Shown: positions 1 to 14,100 of the stretch, piece after piece | How the letters are laid out: each line of letters opens with the position of its first letter | Position numbering within the stretch: the first letter of the stretch is position 1 | NCBI GenBank assembly: GCA_964016885.1 | Contig: CAXHJY010000105.1 | Location: 124,001 to 188,000, forward strand | Reading direction: 5' to 3' | Source of the DNA: Eledone cirrhosa | Taxonomy: Eukaryota | Length of the DNA stretch: 64,000 nucleotides | Program-made: the position numbers and the translations under genes | Notes under the pieces: generated by a model | Told to the model about the DNA's origin: nothing | The model's input: the letters and a program-made list of their open reading frames with translations, nothing else | Database searches by the model: none

Positions 1-3000
1 CACTGGTGTGTGTCTGTGTGGTGTGTGGATAGTTAGGTTCACTGGTGTGTGTCTGTGTGGTGTGTATATAGTTAGGTTCACTGGTGTGTGTCTGTGGTGT
101 GTATATAGTTAGTTTCACTGGTGTGTGTCTGTGTGTAGTGTGTAGATAGTTAGGTTCACTGGTGTGTGTCTGTGTGGTGTATAGATAGTTAGGTTCACTG
201 GTGTGTGTCTGTGTGTGGTGTGTAGATAGTTAGGTTCACTGGTGTGTGTCTGTGTATTGTGTAGATAGTTAGGTTCACTGGTGTGTGTCTGTGTGGTGTG
301 TAGATAGTTAGGCTCACTGGTGTGTGTCTGTGTGTGGTGTGTAGATAGTTAGGTTCACTGGTGTGTGTCTGTGTGGTGTGTGGATATTTAGGTTCACTGG
401 TGTGTGTCTGTGTGGTGTGTAGATAGTTAGGTTCACTGGTGTGTGTCTGTGTGTGGTGTGTAGATAGTTAGGTTCACTGGTGTGTGTCTGTGTGGTGTGT
501 ATATAGTTAGGTTCACTGGTGTGTGTCTGTGTGGTGTGTGGATAGTTAGGTTCACTGGTGTGTGTCTGTGTGGTGTGTAGATAGTTAGGTTCACTGGTGT
601 GTGTCTGTGTGTGGTGTGTAGATAGTTAGGTTCACTGGTGTGTGTCTCTGTGTGGTGTGTATGTAGTTAGGTTCACTGGTGTGTGTCTGTGTGTGGTGTG
701 TAGATAGATAGGTTCACTGGTGTGTGTCTGTGTGTGGTGTGTATATAGTTAGGTTCACTGGTGTGTGTGTGGTGTGTATATAGTTAGGTTCACTGATGTG
801 TGTCTGTGTGTGGTGTGTAGATAGTTAGGTTCACTGGTATGTGTCTGTGTGTGGTGTGTAGATAGTTAGGTTCACTGGTATGTGTCTGTGTGTGGTGTGT
901 ATATAGTTAGGTTCACTGGTGTGTGTGTGGTGTGTATATAGTTAGGCTCACTGGTGTGTGTCTGTGTGTGGTGTGTATATAGTTAGGTTCACTGGTGTGT
1001 GTGTGGTGTGTATATAGTTAGGTTCACTGTTATGTGTCTGTGTGTGGTGTGTAGATAGTTAGGTTCACTGGTGTGTGTCTGTGTGTGGTGTGTATATAGT
1101 TAGGTTCACTGGTGTGTGTGTGGTATGTATATAGTTAGGTTCACTGGTGTGTGTCTGTGTGTGGTGTGTATATAGTTAGGTTCATTGGTGTGTGTCTGTG
1201 TGTGGTGTGTATATAGTTAGGTTCACTGGTGTGTGTCTGTGTGTGGTGTGTATATAGTTAGGTTCACTGATGTGTCTCTGTGTGTGGTGTGTATATAGTT
1301 AGGGTCACTGGTGTGTGTCTGTGTGTGGTGTGTATATAGTTAGGTTCACTGGTGTGTGTCTGTGTGTGGTGTGTATATAGTTAGGTTCACTGGTGTGTGT
1401 CTGTGTGTGGTGTGTAGATAGTTAGGTTCACTGGTGTGTGTCTGTGTGTGGTGTGTAGCTAGTTAGGTTCACTGGTGTGTGTCTGTGTGTGGTGTGTAGA
1501 TAGTTAGGTTCACTGGTGTGTGTCTGTGTGGTGTATAGATAGTTAGGTTCACTAGTGTGTGTCTGTGTGTGGTGTGTAGATAGTTAGGTTCACTGGTGTG
1601 TGTCTGTGTGGTGTGTAGATAGTTAGGTTCACTGGTGTGTGTCTGTGTGGTGTGTAGATAGTTAGGCTCACTGGTGTGTGTCTGTGTGTGGTGTGTAGAT
1701 AGTTAGGTTCACTGGTGTGTGTCTGTCTGGTGTGTGGATAGTTAGGTTCACTGGTGTGTGTCTGTGTGGTGTGTAGATAGTTAGGTTCACTGGTGTGTGT
1801 CTGTGTGTGGTGTGTAGATAGTTAGGTTCACTGGTGTGTGTCTGTGTGGTGTGTATATATTAGGTTCACTGGTGTGTGTCTGTGTGGTGTGTGGATAGTT
1901 AGGTTCACTGGTATGTGTCTGTGTGTGGTGTGTAGATAGTTAGGTTCACTGGTGTGTGTCTGTGTGTGGTGTGTATATAGTTAGGTTCACTGGTGTGTGT
2001 GTGGTGTGTATATAGTTAGGTTCACTGGTGTGTGTCTGTGTGTGGTGTGTATATAATTAGGTTCACTGGTGTGTGTGTGGTGTGTATATAGTTAGGTTCA
2101 ATGGTATGTGTCTGTGTGTGGTGTGTAGATAGTTAGGTTCACTGGTGTGTGTCTGTGTGTGGTGTGTATATAGTTAGGTTCACTGGTGTGTGTGTGGTGT
2201 GTATATAGTTAGGTTCACTGTTATGTGTCTGTGTGTGGTGTGTAGATAGTTAGGTTCACTGGTGTGTGTCTGTGTGTGGTGTGTATATAGTTAGGTTCAC
2301 TGGTGTGTGTGTGGTATGTATATAGTTAGGTTCACTGGTGTGTGTCTGTGTGTGGTGTGTATATAGTTAGGTTCACTGGTGTGTCTCTGTGTGTGGTGTG
2401 TATATAGTTAGGATCACTGGTGTGTGTCTGTGTGTGGTGTGTATATAGTTAGGGTCACTGGTGTGTGTCTGTGTGGTGTGTAGTTAGTTAGGTTCACTGG
2501 TGTGTGTGTGGTGTGTATATAGTTGGGTTCACTGGTGTGTGTCTGTGTGGTGTGTATATAGTTAGGTTCACTGGTGTGTGTCTGTGTGTGGTGTGTATAT
2601 AGTTAGGTTCACTGGTGTGTGTCTGTGTGTGGTGTGTATATAGTTAGGTTCACTGGTGTGTGTCTGTGTGTGGTGTGTATATAGTTAGGTTCACTGGTGT
2701 GTGTCTGTGTGGTGTGTATATAGTTAGGTTCACTGGTGTGTGTGTGGTGTGTATATAGTTAGGTTCACTGGTGTGTGTCTCTGTGTGGTGTGTATATAGC
2801 TAGGTTCACTGGTGTGTGTCTGTGTGTGGTGTGTATATAGTTAGCTTCACTGGTGTGTGTCTGTGTGTGGTGTGTATATAGTTAGGTTCACTGGTGTGTG
2901 TCTGTGTGGTGTGTATATAGATAGGTTCACTGGTGTGTGTCTGTGTGTGGTGTGTAGATAGTTAGGTTCACTGGTGTGTGTCTGTGTGGTGTGTATATAG

Positions 3001-6000
3001 TTAGGTTCACTGGTGTGTGTCTGTGTGTGGTGTGTATATAGTTAGGTTCACTGGTGTGTGTCTGTGTGTGGTGTGTATATAGTTAGGTTCACTGGTGTGT
3101 GTCTGTGTGTGGTGTGTATATAGTTAGGTTCACTGGTGTGTGTCTGTGTGTGGTGTGTAGATAGTTAGTTTCACTGGTGTGTGTCTGTGTGTGGTGTGTA
3201 GATAGTTAGGTTCACTGGTGTGTGTCTGTGTGTGGTGTGTATATAGTTAGGTTCACTGGTGTGTGTCTGTGTGTGGTGTGTATATAGTTAGGTTCACTGG
3301 TGTGTCTCTGTGTGTGGTGTGTATATAGTTAGGTTCACTGGTGTGTGTCTGTGTGGTGTGTGGATAGTTAGGTTCACTGGTGTGTGTCTGTGTGGTTTGT
3401 ATATAGTTAGGTTCACTGGTGTGTGTCTGTGGTGTGTATATAGTTAGTTTCACTGGTGTGTGTCTGTGTGTAGTGTGTAGATAGTTAGGTTCACTGGTGT
3501 GTGTCTGTGGTGTGTATATAGTTAGGTTCACTGGTGTGTGTCTGTGTGTGGTGTGTAGATAGTTAGGTTCACTTGTGTGTGTCTGTGTGTGGTGTGTATA
3601 TAGTTAGGTTCACTGGTGAGTGTGTGGTGTGTATATAGTTAGGTTCACTGCTGTGTGTCTGTGTGTGGTGTGTATATAGTTAGGTTCACTGGTGTGTGTC
3701 TGTGTGGAGTGTATATAGTTAGGTTCACTGGTGTGTGTCTGTGTGGTGTGTAGATAGTTAGGTTCACTGGTGTGTGTCTGTGTGTGGTGTGTATATAGTT
3801 AGGTTCACTGGTGTGTGTGTGTGTGGTGTGTATATAGTTAGGTTCACTGGTGTGTGTCTGTGTGTGGTGTGTATATAGTTAGGGTCACTGGTGTGTGTCT
3901 GTGTGGTGTGTAGATAGTTAGGTTCACTGGTGTGTGTGTGGTGTGTATATAGTTGGGTTCACTGGTGTGTGTCTGTGTGGTGTGTATATAGTTAGGTTCA
4001 CTGGTGTGTGTCTGTGTGTGGTGTGTATATAGTTAGGTTCACTGGTGTGTGTCTGTGTGTGGTGTGTATATAGTTAGGTTCACTGGTGTGTGTCTGTGTG
4101 TGGTGTGTATATAGTTAGGTTCACTGGTGTGTGTCTGTGTGGTGTGTATATAGATAGGTTCACTGGTGTGTGTCTGTGTGTGGTGTGTAGATAGTTAGGT
4201 TCACTGGTGTGTGTCTGTGTGGTGTGTATATAGTTAGGTTCACTGGTGTGTGTCTGTGTGTGGTGTGTATATAGTTAGGTTCACTGGTGTGTGTCTGTGT
4301 GTGGTGTGTATATAGTTATGTTCACTGGTGTGTGTCTGTGTGTTGTGTGTATATTGTTAGGTTCACTGGTGTGTGTGTGGTGTGTATATAGTTAGGTTCA
4401 CTGGTGTGTGTCTGTGTGTGGTGTGTAGATAGTTAGGTTCACTGGTGTGTGTCTGTGTGTGGTGTGTAGATAGTTAGGTTCACTGGTGTGTGTCTGTGTG
4501 GTGTGTATATAGATAGGTTCACTGGTGTGTGTCTGTGTGTGGTGTGTAGATAGTTAGGTTCACTGGTGTGTGTCTGTGTGGTGTGTATATAGTTAGGTTC
4601 ACTGGTGTGTGTCTGTGTGTGGTGTGTATATAGTTAGGTTCACTGGTGTGTGTCTGTGTGTGGTGTGTATATAGTTAGGTTCACTGGTGTGTCTCTGTGT
4701 GTGGTGTGTATATAGTTAGGTTCACTGGTGTGTGTCTGTGTGGTGTGTGGATAGTTAGGTTCACTGGTGTGTGTCTGTGTGGTGTGTATATAGTTAGGTT
4801 CACTGGTGTGTGTCTGTGGTGTGTATATAGTTAGTTTCACTGGTGTGTGTCTGTGTGTAGTGTGTAGATAGTTAGGTTCACTGGTGTGTGTCTGTGTGGA
4901 GTGTATATAGTTAGGTTCACTGGTGTGTGTCTGTGTGGTGTGTAGATAGTTAGGTTCACTGGTGTGTGTCTGTGTGTGGTGTGTATATGGTTAGGTTCAC
5001 TGGTGTGTGTGTGTGTGGTGTGTATATAGTTAGGTTCACTGGTGTGTGTCTGTGTGTGGTGTGTATATAGTTAGGTTCACTGGTGTGTGTCTGTGTGTGG
5101 TGTGTAGATAGTTAGGTTCACTGGTGTGTGTCTGTGTGTGGTGTGTAGCTAGTTAGGTTCACTGGTGTGTGTCTGTGTGTGGTGTGTATATAGTTAGGTT
5201 CACTGGTGTGTGTGTGGTGTGTATATAGCTAGGTTCACTGGTGTGTGTCTGTGTGTGGTGTGTATATAGTTAGGTTCACTGGTGTGTGTCTGTGGTGTGT
5301 AGATAGTTAGGTTCACTGCTGTGTGTCTGTGTGTGGTGTATAGATAGTTAGGTTCACTGGTGTGTGTCTGTGTGTGGTGTGTAGATAGTTAGGTTCACTG
5401 GTGTGTGTCTGTGTGGTGTATAGATAGTTAGGTTCACTGGTGTGTGTCTGTGTGTGGTGTGTAGATAGTTAGGTTCACTGGTGTGTGTCTGTGTATTGTG
5501 TAGATAGTTAGGTTCACTGGTGTGTGTCTGTGTGGTGTGTAGATAGTTAGGCTCACTGGTGTGTGTCTGTGTGTGGTGTGTACATAGTTAGGTTCACTGG
5601 TGTGTGTCTGTGTGGTGTGTGGATATTTAGGTTCACTGGTGTGTGTCTGTGTGGTGTGTAGATAGTTAGGTTCACTGGTGTGTGTCTGTGTGTGGTGTGT
5701 AGATAGTTAGGTTCACTGGTGTGTGTCTGTGTGGTGTGTATATAGTTAGGTTCACTGGTGTGTGTCTGTGTGGTGTGTGGATAGTTAGGTTCACTGGTGT
5801 GTGTCTGTGTGGTGTGTAGATAGTTAGGTTCACTGGTGTGTGTCTGTGTGTGGTGTGTAGATAGTTAGGTTCAGTGGTGTGTGTCTCTGTGTGGTGTGTA
5901 TGTAGTTAGGTTCACTGGTGTGTGTCTGTGTGTGGTGTGTAGATAGATAGGTTCACTGGTGTGTGTCTGTGTGTGGTGTGTATATAGTTAGGTTCACTGG

Positions 6001-9000
6001 TGTGTGTCTGTGTGGTGTGTATATAGTTAGGTTCACTGGTGTGTGTGTGGTGTGTATATAGTTAGGTTCACTGGTGTGTGTCTGTGTGTGGTGTGTATAT
6101 AGCTAGGTTCACTGGTGTGTGTCTGTGTGTGGTGTGTATATAGTTAGCTTCACTGGCGTGTGTCTGTGTGTGGTGTGTATATAGTTAGGTTCACTGGTGT
6201 GTGTCTGTGTGTTGTGTATATAGATAGGTTCACTGGTGTGTGTCTGTGTGTGGTGTGTAGATAGTTAGGTTCACTTGTGTGTGTCTGTGTGGTGTGTATA
6301 TAGTTAGGTTCACTGGTGTGTGTCTGTGTGTGGTGTGTATATAGTTAGGTTCACTGGTGTGTGTCTGTGTGTGGTGTGTATATAGTTAGGTTCACTGGTG
6401 TGTGTCTGTGTGTGGTGTTTATATAGTTAGGTTCACTGGTGTGTGTCTGTGTGTGGTGTGTATATAGTTAGGTTCACTGGTGTGTGTCTGTGTGTGGTGT
6501 GTAGATAGTTAGTTTCACTGGTGTGTGTCTGTGTGTGGTGTGTAGATAGTTAGGTTCACTGGTGTGTGTCTGTGTGTGGTGTGTATATAGTTAGGTTCAC
6601 TGGTGTGTGTCTGTGTGTGGTGTGTATATAGTTAGGTTCACTGGTGTGTCTCTGTGTGTGGTGTGTATATAGTTAGGTTCACTGGTGTGTGTCTGTGTGG
6701 TGTGTGGATAGTTAGGTTCACTGGTGTGTGTCTGTGTGGTGTGTATATAGTTAGGTTCACTGGTGTGTGTCTGTGGTGTGTATATAGTTAGTTTCACTGG
6801 TGTGTGTCTGTGTGTAGTGTGTAGATAGTTAGGTTCACTGGTGTGTGTCTGTGTGGTGTATAGATAGTTAGGTTCACTGGTGTGTGTCTGTGTGTGGTGT
6901 GTAGATAGTTAGGTTCACTGGTGTGTGTCTGTGTATTGTGTAGATAGTTAGGTTCACTGGTGTGTGTCTGTGTGGTGTGTAGATAGTTAGGCTCACTGGT
7001 GTGTGTCTGTGTGTGGTGTGTAGATAGTTAGGTTCACTGGTGTGTGTCTGTGTGGTGTGTGGATATTTAGGTTCACTGGTGTGTGTCTGTGTGGTGTGTA
7101 GATAGTTAGGTTCACTGGTGTGTGTCTGTGTGTGGTGTGTAGATAGTTAGGTTCACTGGTGTGTGTCTGTGTGGTGTGTATATAGTTAGGTTCACTGGTG
7201 TGTGTCTGTGTGGTGTGTGGATAGTTAGGTTCACTGGTGTGTGTCTGTGTGGTGTGTAGATAGTTAGGTTCACTGGTGTGTGTCTGTGTGTGGTGTGTAG
7301 ATAGTTAGGTTCACTGGTGTGTGTCTCTGTGTGGTGTGTATGTAGTTAGGTTCACTGGTGTGTGTCTGTGTGTGGTGTGTAGATAGATAGGTTCACTGGT
7401 GTGTGTCTGTGTGTGGTGTGTATATAGTTAGGTTCACTGGTGTGTGTGTGGTGTGTATATAGTTAGGTTCACTGATGTGTGTCTGTGTGTGGTGTGTAGA
7501 TAGTTAGGTTCACTGGTATGTGTCTGTGTGTGGTGTGTAGATAGTTAGGTTCACTGGTATGTGTCTGTGTGTGGTGTGTATATAGTTAGGTTCACTGGTG
7601 TGTGTGTGGTGTGTATATAGTTAGGCTCACTGGTGTGTGTCTGTGTGTGGTGTGTATATAGTTAGGTTCACTGGTGTGTGTGTGGTGTGTATATAGTTAG
7701 GTTCACTGTTATGTGTCTGTGTGTGGTGTGTAGATAGTTAGGTTCACTGGTGTGTGTCTGTGTGTGGTGTGTATATAGTTAGGTTCACTGGTGTGTGTGT
7801 GGTATGTATATAGTTAGGTTCACTGGTGTGTGTCTGTGTGTGGTGTGTATATAGTTAGGTTCATTGGTGTGTGTCTGTGTGTGGTGTGTATATAGTTAGG
7901 TTCACTGGTGTGTGTCTGTGTGTGGTGTGTATATAGTTAGGTTCACTGATGTGTCTCTGTGTGTGGTGTGTATATAGTTAGGGTCACTGGTGTGTGTCTG
8001 TGTGTGGTGTGTATATAGTTAGGTTCACTGGTGTGTGTCTGTGTGTGGTGTGTATATAGTTAGGTTCACTGGTGTGTGTCTGTGTGTGGTGTGTAGATAG
8101 TTAGGTTCACTGGTGTGTGTCTGTGTGTGGTGTGTAGCTAGTTAGGTTCACTGGTGTGTGTCTGTGTGTGGTGTGTAGATAGTTAGGTTCACTGGTGTGT
8201 GTCTGTGTGGTGTATAGATAGTTAGGTTCACTAGTGTGTGTCTGTGTGTGGTGTGTAGATAGTTAGGTTCACTGGTGTGTGTCTGTGTGGTGTGTAGATA
8301 GTTAGGTTCACTGGTGTGTGTCTGTGTGGTGTGTAGATAGTTAGGCTCACTGGTGTGTGTCTGTGTGTGGTGTGTAGATAGTTAGGTTCACTGGTGTGTG
8401 TCTGTCTGGTGTGTGGATAGTTAGGTTCACTGGTGTGTGTCTGTGTGGTGTGTAGATAGTTAGGTTCACTGGTGTGTGTCTGTGTGTGGTGTGTAGATAG
8501 TTAGGTTCACTGGTGTGTGTCTGTGTGGTGTGTATATATTAGGTTCACTGGTGTGTGTCTGTGTGGTGTGTGGATAGTTAGGTTCACTGGTATGTGTCTG
8601 TGTGTGGTGTGTAGATAGTTAGGTTCACTGGTGTGTGTCTGTGTGTGGTGTGTATATAGTTAGGTTCACTGGTGTGTGTGTGGTGTGTATATAGTTAGGT
8701 TCACTGGTGTGTGTCTGTGTGTGGTGTGTATATAATTAGGTTCACTGGTGTGTGTGTGGTGTGTATATAGTTAGGTTCAATGGTATGTGTCTGTGTGTGG
8801 TGTGTAGATAGTTAGGTTCACTGGTGTGTGTCTGTGTGTGGTGTGTATATAGTTAGGTTCACTGGTGTGTGTGTGGTGTGTATATAGTTAGGTTCACTGT
8901 TATGTGTCTGTGTGTGGTGTGTAGATAGTTAGGTTCACTGGTGTGTGTCTGTGTGTGGTGTGTATATAGTTAGGTTCACTGGTGTGTGTGTGGTATGTAT

Positions 9001-11179
9001 ATAGTTAGGTTCACTGGTGTGTGTCTGTGTGTGGTGTGTATATAGTTAGGTTCACTGGTGTGTCTCTGTGTGTGGTGTGTATATAGTTAGGATCACTGGT
9101 GTGTGTCTGTGTGTGGTGTGTATATAGTTAGGGTCACTGGTGTGTGTCTGTGTGGTGTGTAGTTAGTTAGGTTCACTGGTGTGTGTGTGGTGTGTATATA
9201 GTTGGGTTCACTGGTGTGTGTCTGTGTGGTGTGTATATAGTTAGGTTCACTGGTGTGTGTCTGTGTGTGGTGTGTATATAGTTAGGTTCACTGGTGTGTG
9301 TCTGTGTGTGGTGTGTATATAGTTAGGTTCACTGGTGTGTGTCTGTGTGTGGTGTGTATATAGTTAGGTTCACTGGTGTGTGTCTGTGTGGTGTGTATAT
9401 AGTTAGGTTCACTGGCGTGTGTGTGGTGTGTATATAGTTAGGTTCACTGGTGTGTGTCTCTGTGTGGTGTGTATATAGCTAGGTTCACTGGTGTGTGTCT
9501 GTGTGTGGTGTGTATATAGTTAGCTTCACTGGTGTGTGTCTGTGTGTGGTGTGTATATAGTTAGGTTCACTGGTGTGTGTCTGTGTGGTGTGTATATAGA
9601 TAGGTTCACTGGTGTGTGTCTGTGTGTGGTGTGTAGATAGTTAGGTTCACTGGTGTGTGTCTGTGTGGTGTGTATATAGTTAGGTTCACTGGTGTGTGTC
9701 TGTGTGTGGTGTGTATATAGTTAGGTTCACTGGTGTGTGTCTGTGTGTGGTGTGTATATAGTTAGGTTCACTGGTGTGTGTCTGTGTGTGGTGTGTATAT
9801 AGTTAGGTTCACTGGTGTGTGTCTGTGTGTGGTGTGTAGATAGTTAGTTTCACTGGTGTGTGTCTGTGTGTGGTGTGTAGATAGTTAGGTTCACTGGTGT
9901 GTGTCTGTGTGTGGTGTGTATATAGTTAGGTTCACTGGTGTGTGTCTGTGTGTGGTGTGTATATAGTTAGGTTCACTGGTGTGTCTCTGTGTGTGGTGTG
10001 TATATAGTTAGGTTCACTGGTGTGTGTCTGTGTGGTGTGTGGATAGTTAGGTTCACTGGTGTGTGTCTGTGTGGTTTGTATATAGTTAGGTTCACTGGTG
10101 TGTGTCTGTGGTGTGTATATAGTTAGTTTCACTGGTGTGTGTCTGTGTGTAGTGTGTAGATAGTTAGGTTCACTGGTGTGTGTCTGTGGTGTGTATATAG
10201 TTAGGTTCACTGGTGTGTGTCTGTGTGTGGTGTGTAGATAGTTAGGTTCACTTGTGTGTGTCTGTGTGTGGTGTGTATATAGTTAGGTTCACTGGTGAGT
10301 GTGTGGTGTGTATATAGTTAGGTTCACTGCTGTGTGTCTGTGTGTGGTGTGTATATAGTTAGGTTCACTGGTGTGTGTCTGTGTGGAGTGTATATAGTTA
10401 GGTTCACTGGTGTGTGTCTGTGTGGTGTGTAGATAGTTAGGTTCACTGGTGTGTGTCTGTGTGTGGTGTGTATATAGTTAGGTTCACTGGTGTGTGTGTG
10501 TGTGGTGTGTATATAGTTAGGTTCACTGGTGTGTGTCTGTGTGTGGTGTGTATATAGTTAGGGTCACTGGTGTGTGTCTGTGTGGTGTGTAGATAGTTAG
10601 GTTCACTGGTGTGTGTGTGGTGTGTATATAGTTGGGTTCACTGGTGTGTGTCTGTGTGGTGTGTATATAGTTAGGTTCACTGGTGTGTGTCTGTGTGTGG
10701 TGTGTATATAGTTAGGTTCACTGGTGTGTGTCTGTGTGTGGTGTGTATATAGTTAGGTTCACTGGTGTGTGTCTGTGTGTGGTGTGTATATAGTTAGGTT
10801 CACTGGTGTGTGTCTGTGTGGTGTGTATATAGATAGGTTCACTGGTGTGTGTCTGTGTGTGGTGTGTAGATAGTTAGGTTCACTGGTGTGTGTCTGTGTG
10901 GTGTGTATATAGTTAGGTTCACTGGTGTGTGTCTGTGTGTGGTGTGTATATAGTTAGGTTCACTGGTGTGTGTCTGTGTGTGGTGTGTATATAGTTATGT
11001 TCACTGGTGTGTGTCTGTGTGTTGTGTGTATATTGTTAGGTTCACTGGTGTGTGTGTGGTGTGTATATAGTTAGGTTCACTGGTGTGTGTCTGTGTGTGG
11101 TGTGTAGATAGTTAGGTTCACTGGTGTGTGTCTGTGTGTGGTGTGTAGATAGTTAGGTTCACTGGTGTGTGTCTGTGTG
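1..11179 (+). repeat. Higher-order duplication, offset 6679 bp (about 1-4500 repeated at about 6680-11179)
   Basis: Position 1 aligns with 6680. Identical ORF-track peptides occur at 3253 and 9932. Rare variants appear in the same order in both copies. The copies diverge at monomers 4481/11160. One visible substitution is T2737 vs C9416. Confidence 0.92.
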
Positions 11180-14100
11180 TGGTGTGTATATAGTTAGGTT
11201 CACTGGTGTGTGTGTGGTGTGTATATAGTTAGGTTCACTGATGTGTGTCTGTGTGTGGTGTGTAGATAGTTAGGTTCACTGGTGTGTGTCTGTGTGTGGT
11301 GTGTAGATAGTTAGGTTCACTGGTGTGTGTCTGTGTGTGGTGTGTATATAGTTAGGTTCACTGGTGTGTGTCTGTGTGTGGTGTGTATATAGTTAGGTTC
11401 ACTGGTGTGTGTCTGTGTGTGGTGTGTATATAGTTAGGTTCACTGGTGTGTGTCTGTGTGTGGTGTGTAGATAGTTAGTTTCACTGGTGTGTGTCTGTGT
11501 GTGGTGTGTAGATAGTTAGGTTCACTGGTGTGTGTCTGTGTGTGGTGTGTATATAGTTAGGTTCACTGGTGTGTGTCTGTGTGTGGTGTGTATATAGTTA
11601 GGTTCACTGGTGTGTCTCTGTGTGTGGTGTGTATATAGTTAGGTTCACTGGTGTGTGTCTGTGTGGTGTGTGGATAGTTAGGTTCACTGGTGTGTGTCTG
11701 TGTGGTTTGTATATAGTTAGGTTCACTGGTGTGTGTCTGTGGTGTGTATATAGTTAGTTTCACTGGTGTGTGTCTGTGTGTAGTGTGTAGATAGTTAGGT
11801 TCACTGGTGTGTGTCTGTGGTGTGTATATAGTTAGGTTCACTGGTGTGTGTCTGTGTGTGGTGTGTAGATAGTTAGGTTCACTTGTGTGTGTCTGTGTGT
11901 GGTGTGTATATAGTTAGGTTCACTGGTGAGTGTGTGGTGTGTATATAGTTAGGTTCACTGCTGTGTGTCTGTGTGTGGTGTGTATATAGTTAGGTTCACT
12001 GGTGTGTGTCTCTGTGGAGTGTATATAGTTAGGTTCACTGGTGTGTGTCTGTGTGGTGTGTAGATAGTTAGGTTCACTGGTGTGTGTCTGTGTGTGGTGT
12101 GTATATAGTTAGGTTCACTGGTGTGTGTGTGTGTGGTGTGTATATAGTTAGGTTCACTGGTGTGTGGCTGTGTGTGGTGTGTATATAGTTAGGTTCACTA
12201 GTGTGTGTCTGTGTGTGGTGTGTAGATAGTTAGGTTCACTGGTGTGTGTCTGTGTGTGGTGTGTAGCTAGTTAGGTTCACTGGTGTGTGTCTGTGTGTGG
12301 TGTGTAGATAGTTAGGTTCACTGGTGTGTGTCTGTGTGGTGTGTATATAGTTAGGTTCATTGGTGTGTGTCTGTGTGGTGTGTGGATAGTTAGGTTCACT
12401 GGTGTGTCTGTGTGGTGTGTAGATAGTTAGGTTCACTGGTGTGTGTCTGTGTGTGGTGTGTAGATAGTTAGGTTCACTGGTGTGTGTCTCTGTGTGGTGT
12501 GTATGTAGTTAGGTTCACTGGTGTGTGTCTGTGTGTGGTGTGTAGATAGATAGGTTCACTGGTGTGTGTCTGTGTGTGGTGTGTATATAGTTAGGTTCAC
12601 TGGTGTGTGTGTGTGGTGTGTATATAGTTAGGTTCACTGATGTGTGTCTGTGTGTGGTGTGTAGATAGTTAGGTTCACTGGTATGTGTCTGTGTGTGGTG
12701 TGTAGATAGTTAGGTTCACTGGTATGTGTCTGTGTGTGGTGTGTATATAGTTAGGTTCACTGGTGTGTGTGTGGTGTGTATATAGTTAGGTTCACTGGTG
12801 TGTGTCTGTGTGTGGTGTGTATATAGTTAGGTTCACTGGTGTGTGTGTGGTGTGTATATAGTTAGGTTCACTGTTATGTGTCTGTGTGTGGTGTGTAGAT
12901 AGTTAGGTTCACTGGTGTGTGTCTGTGTGTGGTGTGTATATAGTTAGGTTCACTGGTGTGTGTGTGGTATGTATATAGTTAGGTTCACTGGTGTGTGTCT
13001 GTGTGTGGTGTGTATATAGTTAGGTTCATTGGTGTGTGTCTGTGTGTGGTGTGTATATAGTTAGGTTCACTGGTGTGTGTGGTGTGTATATAGTTAGGTT
13101 CACTGATGTGTCTCTGTGTGTGGTGTGTATATAGTTAGGGTCACTGGTGTGTGTCTGTGTGTGGTGTGTATATAGTTAGGTTCACTGGTGTGTCTCTGTG
13201 TGTGGTGTGTATATAGTTAGGGTCACTGGTGTGTGTCTGTGTGGTGTGTAGATAGTTAGGTTCACTGGTGTGTGTGTGGTGTGTATATAGTTGGGTTCAC
13301 TGGTGTGTGTCTGTGTGGTGTGTATATAGTTAGGTTCACTGGTGTGTGTCTGTGTGTGGTGTGTATATAGTTAGGTTCACTGGTGTGTGTCTGTGTGTGG
13401 TGTGTATATAGTTAGGTTCACTGGTGTGTGTCTGTGTGTGGTGTGTATATAGTTAGGTTCACTGGTGTGTGTCTGTGTGGTGTGTATATAGATAGGTTCA
13501 CTGGTGTGTGTCTGTGTGTGGTGTGTAGATAGTTAGGTTCACTGGTGTGTGTCTGTGTGGTGTGTATATAGTTAGGTTCACTGGTGTGTGTCTGTGTGTG
13601 GTGTGTATATAGTTAGGTTCACTGGTGTGTGTCTGTGTGTGGTGTGTATATAGTTAGGTTCACTGGTCTGTGTCTGTGTGTTGTGTGTATATTGTTAGGT
13701 TCACTGGTGTGTGTGTGTGTGGTGTGTATATAGTTAGGTTCACTGGTGTGTGTCTGTGTGTGGTGTGTAGATAGTTAGGTTCACTGGTGTGTGTCTGTGT
13801 GTGGTGTGTAGATAGTTAGGTTCACTGGTGTGTGTCTGTGTGTGGTGTGTATATAGTTAGGTTCACTGGTGTGTGTCTGTGTGTGGTGTGTAGATAGTTA
13901 GGTTCACTGGTGTGTGTCTGTGTGTGGTGTGTATATAGTTAGGTTCACTGGTGTGTGTGTGGTGTGTATATAGTTAGGTTCACTGATGTGTGTCTGTGTG
14001 TGGTGTGTAGATAGTTAGGTTCACTGGTGTGTGTCTGTGTGTGGTGTGTAGATAGTTAGGTTCACTGGTGTGTGTCTGTGTGTGGTGTGTATATAGTTAG

